Below, piece by piece: positions 14,539 to 24,537 of a stretch of DNA of 29,683 nucleotides (position 1 is the stretch's first letter; each line of letters starts with the position of its first letter). Location: positions 1-29,683 of the IMG/VR virus record IMGVR_UViG_3300032272_000053; one strand, 5' to 3'. Made by a program: the position numbers and the translations under genes. The DNA is from a virus (Duplodnaviria; Caudoviricetes). Below the pieces are notes generated by a model that searched no databases, was not told the origin of the DNA, and saw only the letters and a list, made by a program, of their open reading frames with translations.

Positions 14539-16068
14539 TTACCTCGTTTGTTGAAATAGTTGATTGCTGTCGGCTAATGCGTTACCGAACGGTTGAGTTT
14601 GATAACCTGGGAGCCTCATGTTAGGTCCAGGCTGCAGCTTCTCGGTCTCGTAATCTATACCCCCACCCATCATGCCTTCTTCAGCACTAGCGTTCATTAG
14701 GGGGTCGATAATCGATTCCATTGGCTGCTGTCGTTGTTGCTGCTGCATCATTGCCATTGGTTGAGCGCCAGCGCCTATGCCGCCGAGCCCGAAACCTGAT
14801 TCAGGTCCAGCACCACCTTCGTCCTCCTGGCCGCTGAATGCGCTTAGGAGGTCACCAGGACCGAACATATCCTTCAGTCCATCTAGCCAGCTATCGTTGC
14901 CACCGCCTTGTAGTTGACTGGTTAAGGGGTCGCCTAGCTGCTGGTTAGTGCCTGGTATCTGTTGTCCGAAGTATTGCTGTAGGTCGGTAACACCTGGAGC
15001 GGCTACAACACCTGCTGTACCTGCTGCAGCTAATGGGCTAGCGCTTAATCCAGCGCCACCTTGAATCCCTACACCAGCTGGGTTGAGTTGTCCACTACCT
15101 ACTAAGCCACCACCCGTTGGAGTCGTGACACCTGTAGATATGCCTGGTACTTGGTTTCCACGCTGCAGGAAGTTTGGAGCTTGATTTGCGAGGGTCGCGC
15201 CAGCCGAGGCTAATGGACCCCAGCCGCCACCACCCGATGCGAATGCTTGAGCAGCGCCCCCAGGGAATCCTTGATTAGCTAGCCCAGTCCATGCGCCAGC
15301 GCCGGAACCTGCGCCAGTACCAAATCCTAGCGCATTCTTCACGCTGCCGAATATGTTGCCGCCACCAGCGCCATAGCCTCCAAGAGCCCCTGTAAGACCT
15401 CCTAGGATGCCACCACCATTTAGACCCCCTGATAGGCCTCCGACGAGAGCGCCCGCCACAGGCCCTCCTATGAGCCCTGCTATGGGTCCTAGGAAGCCTG
15501 AGATAGAATCAAAGAAGCTTGAGTCTGGATGAGCTAGCTCTCGCTGCGCATCTCGCGCATACCAGTCCAGCGCATCGAACTTAGTTGACGCCAGCAGCCT
15601 ATCAATCCCTGGATTGGCCTGCCAGTATTCGCCTAATGTTGCTGCGAAATCAGGGTTGTTTTCCATCTCATACTGATAAGCTTGCGCAGCTTGGTCGTAG
15701 TTTTGAATATGTGGAACGCCACTACCGACTGTAGTCCACCCATTCTCAGGAGAGGCTGCTGGGCCACCGTACGCTGGGTTAACCCAGTTAGGGTCACCGG
15801 CCCAGCGCACCTTGTTCGCGTCGTTTATATCTGACAGGTACTGCTGATACTCTGGCGCGTCCTTGCCGCCGCCGGCAACCGCTTGAAGCGTCGTGTCAGG
15901 CATCGTAGGAAAGAGGCTGCGCCATGCTGCGAGGTCTTGTCCACCTGGTTGCGCTTGTGGCACAGGCTGAGGTGGCGCAACAGGCATGGGTTGCGGTGCA
16001 GGCTGCTGCTGCGGCTGAAACTGTGCGCCCAGCCCAGTTGGTTGCTGCTGTAAAAAGTTACCAATCAT
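14539..16068 (-). CDS. Gly/Gln-rich putative internal virion (ejection) protein
   Basis: glycine-zipper segments (GLIGGPVAGALVGGLSGG), Q/P-rich termini; follows the ejection genes. Confidence 0.6.
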   Translation of the reverse strand: MIGNFLQQQPTGLGAQFQPQQQPAPQPMPVAPPQPVPQAQPGGQDLAAWRSLFPTMPDTTLQAVAGGGKDAPEYQQYLSDINDANKVRWAGDPNWVNPAYGGPAASPENGWTTVGSGVPHIQNYDQAAQAYQYEMENNPDFAATLGEYWQANPGIDRLLASTKFDALDWYARDAQRELAHPDSSFFDSISGFLGPIAGLIGGPVAGALVGGLSGGLNGGGILGGLTGALGGYGAGGGNIFGSVKNALGFGTGAGSGAGAWTGLANQGFPGGAAQAFASGGGGWGPLASAGATLANQAPNFLQRGNQVPGISTGVTTPTGGGLVGSGQLNPAGVGIQGGAGLSASPLAAAGTAGVVAAPGVTDLQQYFGQQIPGTNQQLGDPLTSQLQGGGNDSWLDGLKDMFGPGDLLSAFSGQEDEGGAGPESGFGLGGIGAGAQPMAMMQQQQRQQPMESIIDPLMNASAEEGMMGGGIDYETEKLQPGPNMRLPGYQTQPFGNALADSNQLFQQTR

Positions 16069-16071
16069 ATT

Positions 16072-18114
16072 TTAGTACCCTCCGCCAGTGCGGTATTTTT
16101 TATTCTGCTGCTGTTGGTTTAATCCGGCAGCTGCGCCACCAGAGGCTGCTGCACCTGGGTGTAACACGTTGGGACTGACCTGTGATACTGGAGGACTAAG
16201 AACGTTCCTGCCAGCTGCTCTGCCTGCCACGTTAGCGTCAATGCGCTCTAGGCCCATTGCAGCGCCCTCTGTTGCTATTCTCGCGCCAGGGAGTCGGCCT
16301 ACACCGTGCAGTAGATTGATTAGCGCGTTACCAGTATTCGAATAGTTGATTCTATTCCCTGGTGGAGGAATTGTTTCTAAACCTACAGCTTCGACCAGTT
16401 GAATAATTTCAGCTGCTTCATTAGGCCACATCACCTTCATCTTTTCAGGCCCAAACTTATCTATCCAGGTTTTCATCTTAGCGCCGCTTAACGGAGCCTC
16501 TGGACTGTTGCCACTAGAGAACTTGATAAAGTCGTTGTACAGCGCTCTGCGAGCCTTGCCGACCTGCTTCTGAGCGCCTGCCATCTTAGCTACTTCACTA
16601 TCAAGCATGTAACTCATAAAACTTTCAAGCTCATCTACCTTAGCCTTATGTAGCTCATTGATAACCTCATCGGATGCGATATCATTATCCATTAGCTTGG
16701 CTAAGATTTCTGGTCGCTTTCTGGTAGCTGCAGAGTTCTTCTTCTGACGAATACCAGATGAAAGCTTGCGCGCGGCTGCCCAGTCTTGAACGGCTGTTCC
16801 GCCTTCTTCCTGGAAGACTTCTGCAGCCTCGTCAATGCCATCTAGGATAGCGTGCTTCAGAGAGGTAGCTGCTCTCTTCCTGCTGGGGTCCATAGTGCTG
16901 CTATTAATGATTTTATTTAGGTGACGTATTTCAGCCTCTGCTGTATCTACAGTAAGGTCTAATTCACCATCGATGTACTGCTGGAATCGCTTGACAATTG
17001 GCCCGCTTATCTCGTCGGGATTCATAACCATTAGTTCTTCATTCAATACTTCATTAAGCTTATCGACGCCCACAGGAATATCATTACCTAAAGCATTTCG
17101 AGCCTTATTGTAGTGAATGGTTTCGACCTTCTTATAGTTGTCGGCTACCATCGAAACGGATTCCTTTACATCCTCTCCAGCGCTGAACTTCGTGATGTCG
17201 CGCTCTGGGGTCATCTGCCTACCGATAGCTTCAGCGTTCTGCTTAGCAACCTCCTGGTTAGCGTCCCTAATGGCCGCAATAGGTTTGCCTGCATCAGTTC
17301 TAGCCAGGTTAGCCTCATCAGAGAAGACTCCTCTATCCCTGGACACCGTGCCACGTGTAGGCTGCATGCCCTGCGCTTCAAGCGCTTGCTTTCTGGCTAC
17401 TTCCATGCTTGCCTTCTCTAGCTCAACGCCGCCCTCTACAAGTCGCTGCACATCCTCTGCTAGCGTCGCGCGCACAGCCTGTGTCAGGTCCGCCCAGTTT
17501 AGGCCGGACTCCTTAAGAGATTCCTTGACCGCTTTATCAACAGCTGGCTTCTTCATCCCTGGGAACAATTTGTTAAGCAATGATTTACCCCACTGTGGAG
17601 CGCGCTTTATAAGTTCACCACCGAGCACGCCACCAGTTGCCCCAGCTGCTGCGTTAAAGAGACCGCTCTCGCCTTCTGCGGTCGCGAGCATAGCGCCCTC
17701 TGTGCCGCCTACTACAGCGAGCTTCACCCATCCTGGTAGCTGAGCAATAACGGCTGGGACCTTTACTGCAGCGCTTGCTATGCCGCCAACCAGGAACGGT
17801 GCTGCTTGCCCTAACGTTCTTCCAAGGCTAAAGCCTTCGTTATCGTTAATGGATTCATACAGCGCTAATTCCTGATGCACCTTCTGGTCATACTCGTCGC
17901 CTCGGAATAGCTGCTGCGTTCCCTGCTGGACATCCATATAGCCGCGCCCAACCTCTGCAGCGAAGCTAGGACCCTCTATAGGCCCGTACTGTTCCTGTAT
18001 TGACATATCGGAATAGTTGACGGGTTGGTAGCCACCGACAACAGTCGCTCCAGGCGGGAGAAACTTCGGTGCGGGAGGTGTGACTATATTTGCGCCCTTT
18101 GGAAGACTAGCCAT
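16072..18114 (-). CDS. DNA transfer / ejection protein (P22 gp16-like position)
   Basis: LPKGA/LPPGA N-terminal repeats, Gly/Ala TM-like region, helical body, NYSNTG motif; synteny. Confidence 0.7.
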   Translation of the reverse strand: MASLPKGANIVTPPAPKFLPPGATVVGGYQPVNYSDMSIQEQYGPIEGPSFAAEVGRGYMDVQQGTQQLFRGDEYDQKVHQELALYESINDNEGFSLGRTLGQAAPFLVGGIASAAVKVPAVIAQLPGWVKLAVVGGTEGAMLATAEGESGLFNAAAGATGGVLGGELIKRAPQWGKSLLNKLFPGMKKPAVDKAVKESLKESGLNWADLTQAVRATLAEDVQRLVEGGVELEKASMEVARKQALEAQGMQPTRGTVSRDRGVFSDEANLARTDAGKPIAAIRDANQEVAKQNAEAIGRQMTPERDITKFSAGEDVKESVSMVADNYKKVETIHYNKARNALGNDIPVGVDKLNEVLNEELMVMNPDEISGPIVKRFQQYIDGELDLTVDTAEAEIRHLNKIINSSTMDPSRKRAATSLKHAILDGIDEAAEVFQEEGGTAVQDWAAARKLSSGIRQKKNSAATRKRPEILAKLMDNDIASDEVINELHKAKVDELESFMSYMLDSEVAKMAGAQKQVGKARRALYNDFIKFSSGNSPEAPLSGAKMKTWIDKFGPEKMKVMWPNEAAEIIQLVEAVGLETIPPPGNRINYSNTGNALINLLHGVGRLPGARIATEGAAMGLERIDANVAGRAAGRNVLSPPVSQVSPNVLHPGAAASGGAAAGLNQQQQNKKYRTGGGY

Positions 18115-19553
18115 TATTGTATTTCCCAGTTATTGTCGCCAATGTGTTTATACGTCTTACCATCGTCGCCGACTATCTCGGTGCCGATAGGCATAAGCGA
18201 TTGCTCCGGCGGAGCGCCGATGCCGTACTTCAAGCTAATCTCTTCAGCTGCTGCTGAGTTCCATAAGCGTAGCGTTTCCTCACCTTCAGCTACACCAGTT
18301 TCGATTGACGTTTTAAGGTCAGAGAGCGCAGTATCCAAGTTATCGTTTCCGATGTTCAAGTTACCACCACCAGACGCAATTAAGAGTTCTAATTCTGCTA
18401 CAGCAATGGAGCCTAAAGCGCCACCTGTAGGAGAGCTTTCACGCATATTCTGTAGCGTCTTGAAACCAGCGAAGCCTTTGATTGCCTGTAGTTCCTTTTC
18501 AATTTGGAATGCATCCGTACCAGGGAGATTCTTAAAGTAGTCCCCAAAACCACCATGAGAGGGGAAAAAGCCAGACCTCTTCATAATGGACTGTACGGAC
18601 TCGATAGACTTTATGACCTTCTCAGCTTCCTTTTTAGTCGCTCTGAATTTCTTCTGGTGTATCTCTCCAGTCTTCTTGAGCTTGGTGTACTCTGCCGAAG
18701 CCACACGCTTATTCTTATTCTCCTCAGCAACAAGCTTGCGATTTTCATTCATCTGCTTAGCTTTCTTGATTGGAGTGCCAGGAGCCGGTGCTTGAGGCAA
18801 CGGCGTAGGCATAAACACCTGCCCAGGCGTTTTACCCCCTGAGGGCTCCTGAGGAGGGCTCACAGCGACGTTCGCCGCTGGGCTAGGGGTTGGCCCACCC
18901 TGAGCACCTAAAGGCGCTGCAGGGGCTCCTGAGGAGGCCTGAGGGCCGCCTATGCCATATTCTGCCCTAGCTACAGCTGCAGCTGTGTTTGCTTGACTTT
19001 CGGTCGCAGCTGTGCGACGTGCTGTCAGGTCGTAGTTCTTCTGAGCCATAGCATCCTGGCTGCCGCCGAGCTGCTGCAGGAATCCTGGCGTATCAGTCTG
19101 TAGCGCCGATATCATGTCCTCTGGGATGAATCCTGGGCGCTGAGCTGCAGCCTGCATAACTATGCCCTGAACGGAGGCATGGTCCCTCGGGTCGATGCCA
19201 GAGTTCTCAAGCAGGTTGTAAACATACTCTTCAGCTGCCGCATAGCGGTCCTGACCAGCATCGCCTATTTCACCTTGAGTTTTCTCAAGAGTAGTCTGCT
19301 TGTTGAGAATCTCTTGAACCACTTTAGCTTCATCGATATATCCCTGCTGCAGTAAGAAGTCACGCTTCTCTTCTAGGGTCCCAGCTGCGCCTACGCCTTC
19401 GCGCAATGCGGCCTCCTGGTCAAGCTCCTGTTTAGCTAAAGCGTTCTTCTGTTTGGCGGCGGCTAGTGCGCCCATCTGCGCGACTATCTGCGCGTTCTGA
19501 GCTAGGTTGTTTGGTACACCGTGTGCACCCATTATGATATTTGGATTAGCCAT
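18114..19553 (-). CDS. DNA transfer / ejection protein (P22 gp20-like position; start revised to MANPNI)
   Basis: GFKTLQNMRESSPTGGALGSI...EL motif; helical; ATG just after the upstream stop; TAATG coupling downstream. Confidence 0.7.
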   Translation of the reverse strand: MANPNIIMGAHGVPNNLAQNAQIVAQMGALAAAKQKNALAKQELDQEAALREGVGAAGTLEEKRDFLLQQGYIDEAKVVQEILNKQTTLEKTQGEIGDAGQDRYAAAEEYVYNLLENSGIDPRDHASVQGIVMQAAAQRPGFIPEDMISALQTDTPGFLQQLGGSQDAMAQKNYDLTARRTAATESQANTAAAVARAEYGIGGPQASSGAPAAPLGAQGGPTPSPAANVAVSPPQEPSGGKTPGQVFMPTPLPQAPAPGTPIKKAKQMNENRKLVAEENKNKRVASAEYTKLKKTGEIHQKKFRATKKEAEKVIKSIESVQSIMKRSGFFPSHGGFGDYFKNLPGTDAFQIEKELQAIKGFAGFKTLQNMRESSPTGGALGSIAVAELELLIASGGGNLNIGNDNLDTALSDLKTSIETGVAEGEETLRLWNSAAAEEISLKYGIGAPPEQSLMPIGTEIVGDDGKTYKHIGDNNWEIQ

Positions 19554-19555
19554 TA

Positions 19556-20182
19556 CTACACCCTCATCATGCTGCGCATTTGCCAAGGCTGAATCGCGTT
19601 GCCTAAAGCGTTATTCCAGGCGTTGCTGCCGGATATGGTGGCTGCACTTGCAGCGTCCCCGCCTTGCGCCATATAGTTGCCTATCGTGCCGCTAGCTCCC
19701 ATGCCAGCATTTATTTGACCGGCCAACATATTGTAATTTTGATTCTTGTTCTGGTTAAAGCGGTCGTATGCGCGTCCATACTCATTGGATGCAGTATCCT
19801 GACCGTAATCGGATATCGCCTTAAGAGCGCCACCTGAGAGCCTCTTACCACGTGCTGCAGCAGACTTCTCGATAGCGTTGATGCCTTCCTGCTGCCTGAA
19901 CTGGTAGCCTGGGTCAGCCTGGAAGTCGCTACCGCTAAAGTTGCGTAACAAGCCTCCTCGGCCGCCATGCGACATACCAGACAGCCTGTTAGCAGCCTGC
20001 TTGCCTAGCCCAGCGTACGGCGCTTGCTGCTGCTGGGCCTGTACTAGCGCCGCCTGCTGCTGCTTAGCTGCTTTGTTTGCCGCGCTTGATGCGCGATTAG
20101 CGCCATAAAGTTGGACGCCAGCCCCAATAAGGTCGGCGGCATTGTCCTTTGCGAAACTACCTAATGAACTCCAAAAACTCAT
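19556..20182 (-). CDS. DNA transfer / pilot protein (P22 gp7-like)
   Basis: DPGYQFRQQEG..A...SAAARG..LSG.ALKA...YGQ..AS.EY motif; Gly/Ala/Gln-rich. Confidence 0.8.
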   Translation of the reverse strand: MSFWSSLGSFAKDNAADLIGAGVQLYGANRASSAANKAAKQQQAALVQAQQQQAPYAGLGKQAANRLSGMSHGGRGGLLRNFSGSDFQADPGYQFRQQEGINAIEKSAAARGKRLSGGALKAISDYGQDTASNEYGRAYDRFNQNKNQNYNMLAGQINAGMGASGTIGNYMAQGGDAASAATISGSNAWNNALGNAIQPWQMRSMMRV

Positions 20183-20191
20183 AATGTCACC

Positions 20192-20431
20192 CTATACAGC
20201 TGAGCCAGCTGCGTTAACCCAAACACCTGTGTCCTCTCTATACCAGATTGGTATATTGAGGCTTGTATCAAAATACGTGCGCCCTGCGAAGAGTAATCGA
20301 GTCGGTCTTTCTGCTGTGGTGCCTGACTCTGTTAATCCGTTAAGCGTTCGACCCATATCAGAGAACCAGATAACCCATACACGTGAATTTAAATCTGGGT
20401 CTGATGGTGGTCTAAAATTTAATCTTGCCAT
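20192..20431 (-). CDS. small tail-associated protein (gp26 position)
   Basis: GTTAERPT...G.TYFDTSLNIPIWY...WVNAAG motif common in tail appendage proteins; follows gp10. Confidence 0.6.
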   Translation of the reverse strand: MARLNFRPPSDPDLNSRVWVIWFSDMGRTLNGLTESGTTAERPTRLLFAGRTYFDTSLNIPIWYREDTGVWVNAAGSAV

Positions 20432-20435
20432 ATTA

Positions 20436-21857
20436 TTATCCTGCTGCGTCTACCCATGCGCCAATGATTACAAGCTTAATTGGTTCCGAACATCTGAACT
20501 TAAATACCCAGTCGAATGCTCTGCCAAGTCTGCGATATATAACGCGCTTGTTACGCTCGCCTTGCTTACCCATTGAGGCCCAATGCTCATTACCCCAGCT
20601 ATGTCCACCGTCCTTTGATATCTCCATCATCATCTGAGGGTCGCTTCCCTGCCCAGTTGCTAGTGCTGTGCCGGACTCGATGTCCAGCCATAGCCGTGCA
20701 ATCTTTGCTTCCTCTTCATTGAAGATATGCTTGGAGGTTAACTGCTTAACAATTGGCTCACCATCATCCGTATAGTTGGTGCCATCAATCTGGAATATTT
20801 TGCCGTTGTCGTAATCGCTAACGTAAAACTTATTCTGATAGTGGACGCCAATCTCTGCTCGATGCCTTGCGCCTAATGAACTGTATTCGAGGTTAGACCA
20901 CACCTTGGTTTTTCCATCGAATAACCATGACTTACCTTCGGCTGGAAAGTTAAGTTGGTAGAAGTGGTGACCATCATGGTAGTAGGAGAATGCTGTTGCA
21001 TCCGTTACCGTTGTGTAGGAATTAATTACTGCACCCATCTCGGTGCCGGATATATCTTCAAACTGGAAGCCATTAAACTTAACTACCGATACACCACCTT
21101 GGTCAGAGTTAGCAGCCAATAGAATAACTTCAGATTCGCCGAACTTTGCTATCGACCATTTGGCAGCTAATCCTAATTCAATCACGCCACCAGTGATGCG
21201 GTCGTATGGTGGAGTACCACTGCCAGTGTTATTCCAGAACTCAATCGTTTCAGAGCCACATAACATAATGTCTGTGTTGTTCTCGAAGATTCGAACTAAG
21301 TTGTCTGGAGATTTCTCTGCAGTTGCAAAGTCTAATGCTGCCCATGAATCGGTAACATCTGTTGCATCTAATGATGATAAGTAGAACTCTGCAGTATCAG
21401 GTTTTGGTACGATGAAATATCCATCGTGAGAAACTACTGAACTCGCATCGTCGTTGTAATCAGCATCAGTGATTTCTGCAAACGTTGTACTTGCAATCGT
21501 GTAGTAGTAGCCGTTAGTGCCATCGGTTACCATCACAACGCCAGCATGGTTGTAAGCCATGTCCACGCGACCGCTAGTTGTGTTTAGCGTGCCTCGATTA
21601 GTTGCAGCGCCAGTAGCATTAATTTCATAAAATGTGCCTCCGTGGACTGCATACAAGAGCGTATCTACTGCTAACATGCCTCGCACAGCATCTGTCGAGC
21701 TAAAATCAGTGAACTCTGTTAGTCCTGGCGTTGCGTGGTAGCTGTACCTGCTCTTATCCTCTTGCGGTTGTATATCCATATACATGTTGAGCCTAGACTG
21801 CGCTGACACACTTGGGCTCTTCCCGTCCTGCCCTACACCGAATAATTTATAGCGCAT
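20436..21857 (-). CDS. packaged DNA stabilization / tail hub protein (P22 gp10-like)
   Basis: 473 aa; TPGL, DGYF, DFATAEKSPD, TIEFW, FYQLNFP, SKDGGHSW, RRLG motifs. Confidence 0.9.
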   Translation of the reverse strand: MRYKLFGVGQDGKSPSVSAQSRLNMYMDIQPQEDKSRYSYHATPGLTEFTDFSSTDAVRGMLAVDTLLYAVHGGTFYEINATGAATNRGTLNTTSGRVDMAYNHAGVVMVTDGTNGYYYTIASTTFAEITDADYNDDASSVVSHDGYFIVPKPDTAEFYLSSLDATDVTDSWAALDFATAEKSPDNLVRIFENNTDIMLCGSETIEFWNNTGSGTPPYDRITGGVIELGLAAKWSIAKFGESEVILLAANSDQGGVSVVKFNGFQFEDISGTEMGAVINSYTTVTDATAFSYYHDGHHFYQLNFPAEGKSWLFDGKTKVWSNLEYSSLGARHRAEIGVHYQNKFYVSDYDNGKIFQIDGTNYTDDGEPIVKQLTSKHIFNEEEAKIARLWLDIESGTALATGQGSDPQMMMEISKDGGHSWGNEHWASMGKQGERNKRVIYRRLGRAFDWVFKFRCSEPIKLVIIGAWVDAAG

Positions 21858-24537
21858 TGTCTGTAGCCTTATCTTTTGATAGCGCGTTGTATGTCCCTAC
21901 GCCTACCGCTCCGATTGGTATCATAAGTTTCTTAGTTACATCTAATGGGTCGAAGATAGCTGCCACCTTTCCTAATGATTTGTTATCAACTCGATAGCCA
22001 CTGTAACCAGCATCGTAAATTGCTTTTTCTGCGCCAGTTACATCACCCTTAGCTGCTGCCCATAAACCATCTGGGTCTGCATTAGCGTCATATACTTGAG
22101 CTGCTTGAATACGAGTTTCAACCTTGTTGTCGCCTAAGCCTGATTCCTTACGGTATGGATTTTCATCTGCTTCGATACCGTAGTAGCTGCGCTTAGGGAA
22201 TCGTTTATCGCCTCTGCGATTACGTTCATCCCTAGTTTGTCCAGATAAACCTTTGCCGTATTCTTTAGGCTCAACCCTATCTATGTCTGACTTAGAGTAG
22301 TGAACAAGTACCAAGTTACCCTGGTCATCTATTGCGCCTTCTAAGCCTGATTCACCAGCCTTATGAAGTTCAGAAAATTGTTTCTTACGTGCTTCAAATG
22401 CTGGAGTACCTTGCTGCGTTACCCAGTTAGGTAAGTTGCCGGTCTTCTGGTCTGCAAAGATAGTCGCATCGATGCCAGCTGTTCTGTTTGTCTCACCGTG
22501 TGGGCCAAAGTTTAACCAGCTATTCTGTCCGCGAGTCTCAGTTGCTAATGCACGTTGTGCTAATGGTGATAACGTTCCGACGTGAGATTGATATGCCATC
22601 TCCTCACCACCAGCTCTGAATCCTGCACCAATCTTGCCGTGACCCTGTGCGTCATGTACTGCCCTGAATAAATCATTCATAAGCGCAGGTTGACCGCTTA
22701 TTTCATGCCCTGATTCTGCAAGCAATGGATTACCAGCTGGGTCGAAGTCAGCGCTCGAACCAAAGCCATCTTTGGTTGGGTACACTTGAAGTCTCTTATT
22801 GGTCAGCATGTCTTCCAGTGCTTGGTATGGTGAATCTGGGTATGGGTTGTTACTAAACTCTGGCTTAATGCCAGCTGCTAGCATTTGCTCGTACTGTCCT
22901 TTTACTTCCTTGCCTAACTGCTCGTATGATTCACGAACGAATGGGTCGGAAGGGTCATGCGCCATAAGGTCGTACTCGCGCGCGACCTGCGCGCCAAACG
23001 CAGGGTCAACTGGTTTGAACTCTTTAACTGGCGTGTATGGTATGCCTGTGGCTTCGGAATGAGCGATAGCTGCTTGTTCCATTGCTGGGTTAGGACCGAT
23101 GTTTACCTTGCCTAGTCCAGGCACGTTGGCTGGCATGGGAGCGCCTGGTAATGGAATATCACCGTATTGCTTTGGTCCTGCTGGTGCATGAGCATTGGTG
23201 CCAAGGTAATTGTTTACGCCCTTCAACCATTCCTCATCAGCTATCTGCATTGGTGTGCTAAATTCTAAAGAGCGTTGGTCCTTGTGAAGCGGTTTCCGCT
23301 GCTCTCGTCGCTTAGCGTTCCATTCTGGATACATAACCTGCGGAGGTATAGGCTGCTCTAATCCACCTAAGTATTCGCCTTCCATCTGGTGAGAGTAGGT
23401 GGGATGCAAGAGGTCAGGTTGGCCTATATTCTCGCCTGTGACACGCGCTATGTTTCTACCACCGTATCCTAGCTCATCATCTAAGAAGTCCTTGTCAGTG
23501 AGCGCCCAGCGAGTCTCAGCAGCATCTGGGAATCCTTGCTTGTAAAATTCCTTCTTGGCTGCCGTTGATAAGAATGCTTTACGCAGCTCGCCATTTTCTC
23601 TAAGCATTGCTACTGATACTGGGTCGTCTAAGCCTTTCCACTCTGGGCGCTTAGCCTTAACCTGCTTATTGAACTCCTTCATCGCCTTCTTAGATATTTT
23701 CGATGTTGCCATCTGCTGCAGGGTCGCATCTAGCATCATTGTGTTAAACGCCATCGTGTCATGCGACATAGGTGTGTAGATAAGCGCAGGGTCAAGGCCC
23801 TTAGCTAATGCGTTCTTAGCTTGTTTATTGAGCGTGCTTACTCTGCCTTTATCTGATGCCCATACGCTGTTGTTCTTTGGGTCAGCGTTTTGGAGCATGT
23901 ACTTAGGGCCACCATATAATGTTTCTGGCACTGCTAGCTCGTGCTCACCAATCTTGGTGACGTGCTTACCAATGTCTGACCTATCACCCAGCGCAGGGAT
24001 TAATGCTTTACCAAGCAACTCTTCTGGCTTAATAGTTTTTGCTTCACGTAGCTGCGCGATAGGTGAATCATCTATCTCGTACTCCATACTCATTTCATCG
24101 ATAGGCTTGGACAGCACGTTGCTGCCGCCTACAGGATGTCTAGCGCCCTTAGTTATACCTGCTAAAGCGCCTAACTCTCCGGCCATCGTTCCAGCCTTCG
24201 CAGCAGTTGCGAGAGGTAGTGCGCCGATTAAATCAACTACATGGGGATTGATTAATGGGTCGTTAGGACCAGCGCCGGTGTACTGATGAGGGTAGCCTTC
24301 AGCCATGCGTCCTGTGCGTTCTACAGAATCGCCGAGAACAAAGTTCTCAAGTGCTGTACCGTATGGGTTGTCCTTTGGAAAGATATTCTGTGCAGGTGAT
24401 AGGAACCGATTTAGCGCGTCACCTATAATCATCCAGCGCGTATCCGGCAAAGCTTTAGCTTCACCTCTACGTGGACCTAGCGCATTCTTTTTGCGCTTGA
24501 CCTTCTTCTTCCTTTCCTTGGCTAGTGCGTTAGCCAT
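21847..24537 (-). CDS. large polyvalent multidomain protein (HDxxGH metal-binding domain plus C-terminal ADP-ribosyltransferase-like domain)
   Basis: 896 aa; NDLFRAVHDAQGH..GF...GEE.A..SH...ETRGQNSW block; C-terminal LVHYS...RSYYG...YD...GYSGY pattern; coupled to both neighbours. Confidence 0.7.
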   Translation of the reverse strand: MANALAKERKKKVKRKKNALGPRRGEAKALPDTRWMIIGDALNRFLSPAQNIFPKDNPYGTALENFVLGDSVERTGRMAEGYPHQYTGAGPNDPLINPHVVDLIGALPLATAAKAGTMAGELGALAGITKGARHPVGGSNVLSKPIDEMSMEYEIDDSPIAQLREAKTIKPEELLGKALIPALGDRSDIGKHVTKIGEHELAVPETLYGGPKYMLQNADPKNNSVWASDKGRVSTLNKQAKNALAKGLDPALIYTPMSHDTMAFNTMMLDATLQQMATSKISKKAMKEFNKQVKAKRPEWKGLDDPVSVAMLRENGELRKAFLSTAAKKEFYKQGFPDAAETRWALTDKDFLDDELGYGGRNIARVTGENIGQPDLLHPTYSHQMEGEYLGGLEQPIPPQVMYPEWNAKRREQRKPLHKDQRSLEFSTPMQIADEEWLKGVNNYLGTNAHAPAGPKQYGDIPLPGAPMPANVPGLGKVNIGPNPAMEQAAIAHSEATGIPYTPVKEFKPVDPAFGAQVAREYDLMAHDPSDPFVRESYEQLGKEVKGQYEQMLAAGIKPEFSNNPYPDSPYQALEDMLTNKRLQVYPTKDGFGSSADFDPAGNPLLAESGHEISGQPALMNDLFRAVHDAQGHGKIGAGFRAGGEEMAYQSHVGTLSPLAQRALATETRGQNSWLNFGPHGETNRTAGIDATIFADQKTGNLPNWVTQQGTPAFEARKKQFSELHKAGESGLEGAIDDQGNLVLVHYSKSDIDRVEPKEYGKGLSGQTRDERNRRGDKRFPKRSYYGIEADENPYRKESGLGDNKVETRIQAAQVYDANADPDGLWAAAKGDVTGAEKAIYDAGYSGYRVDNKSLGKVAAIFDPLDVTKKLMIPIGAVGVGTYNALSKDKATDNAL

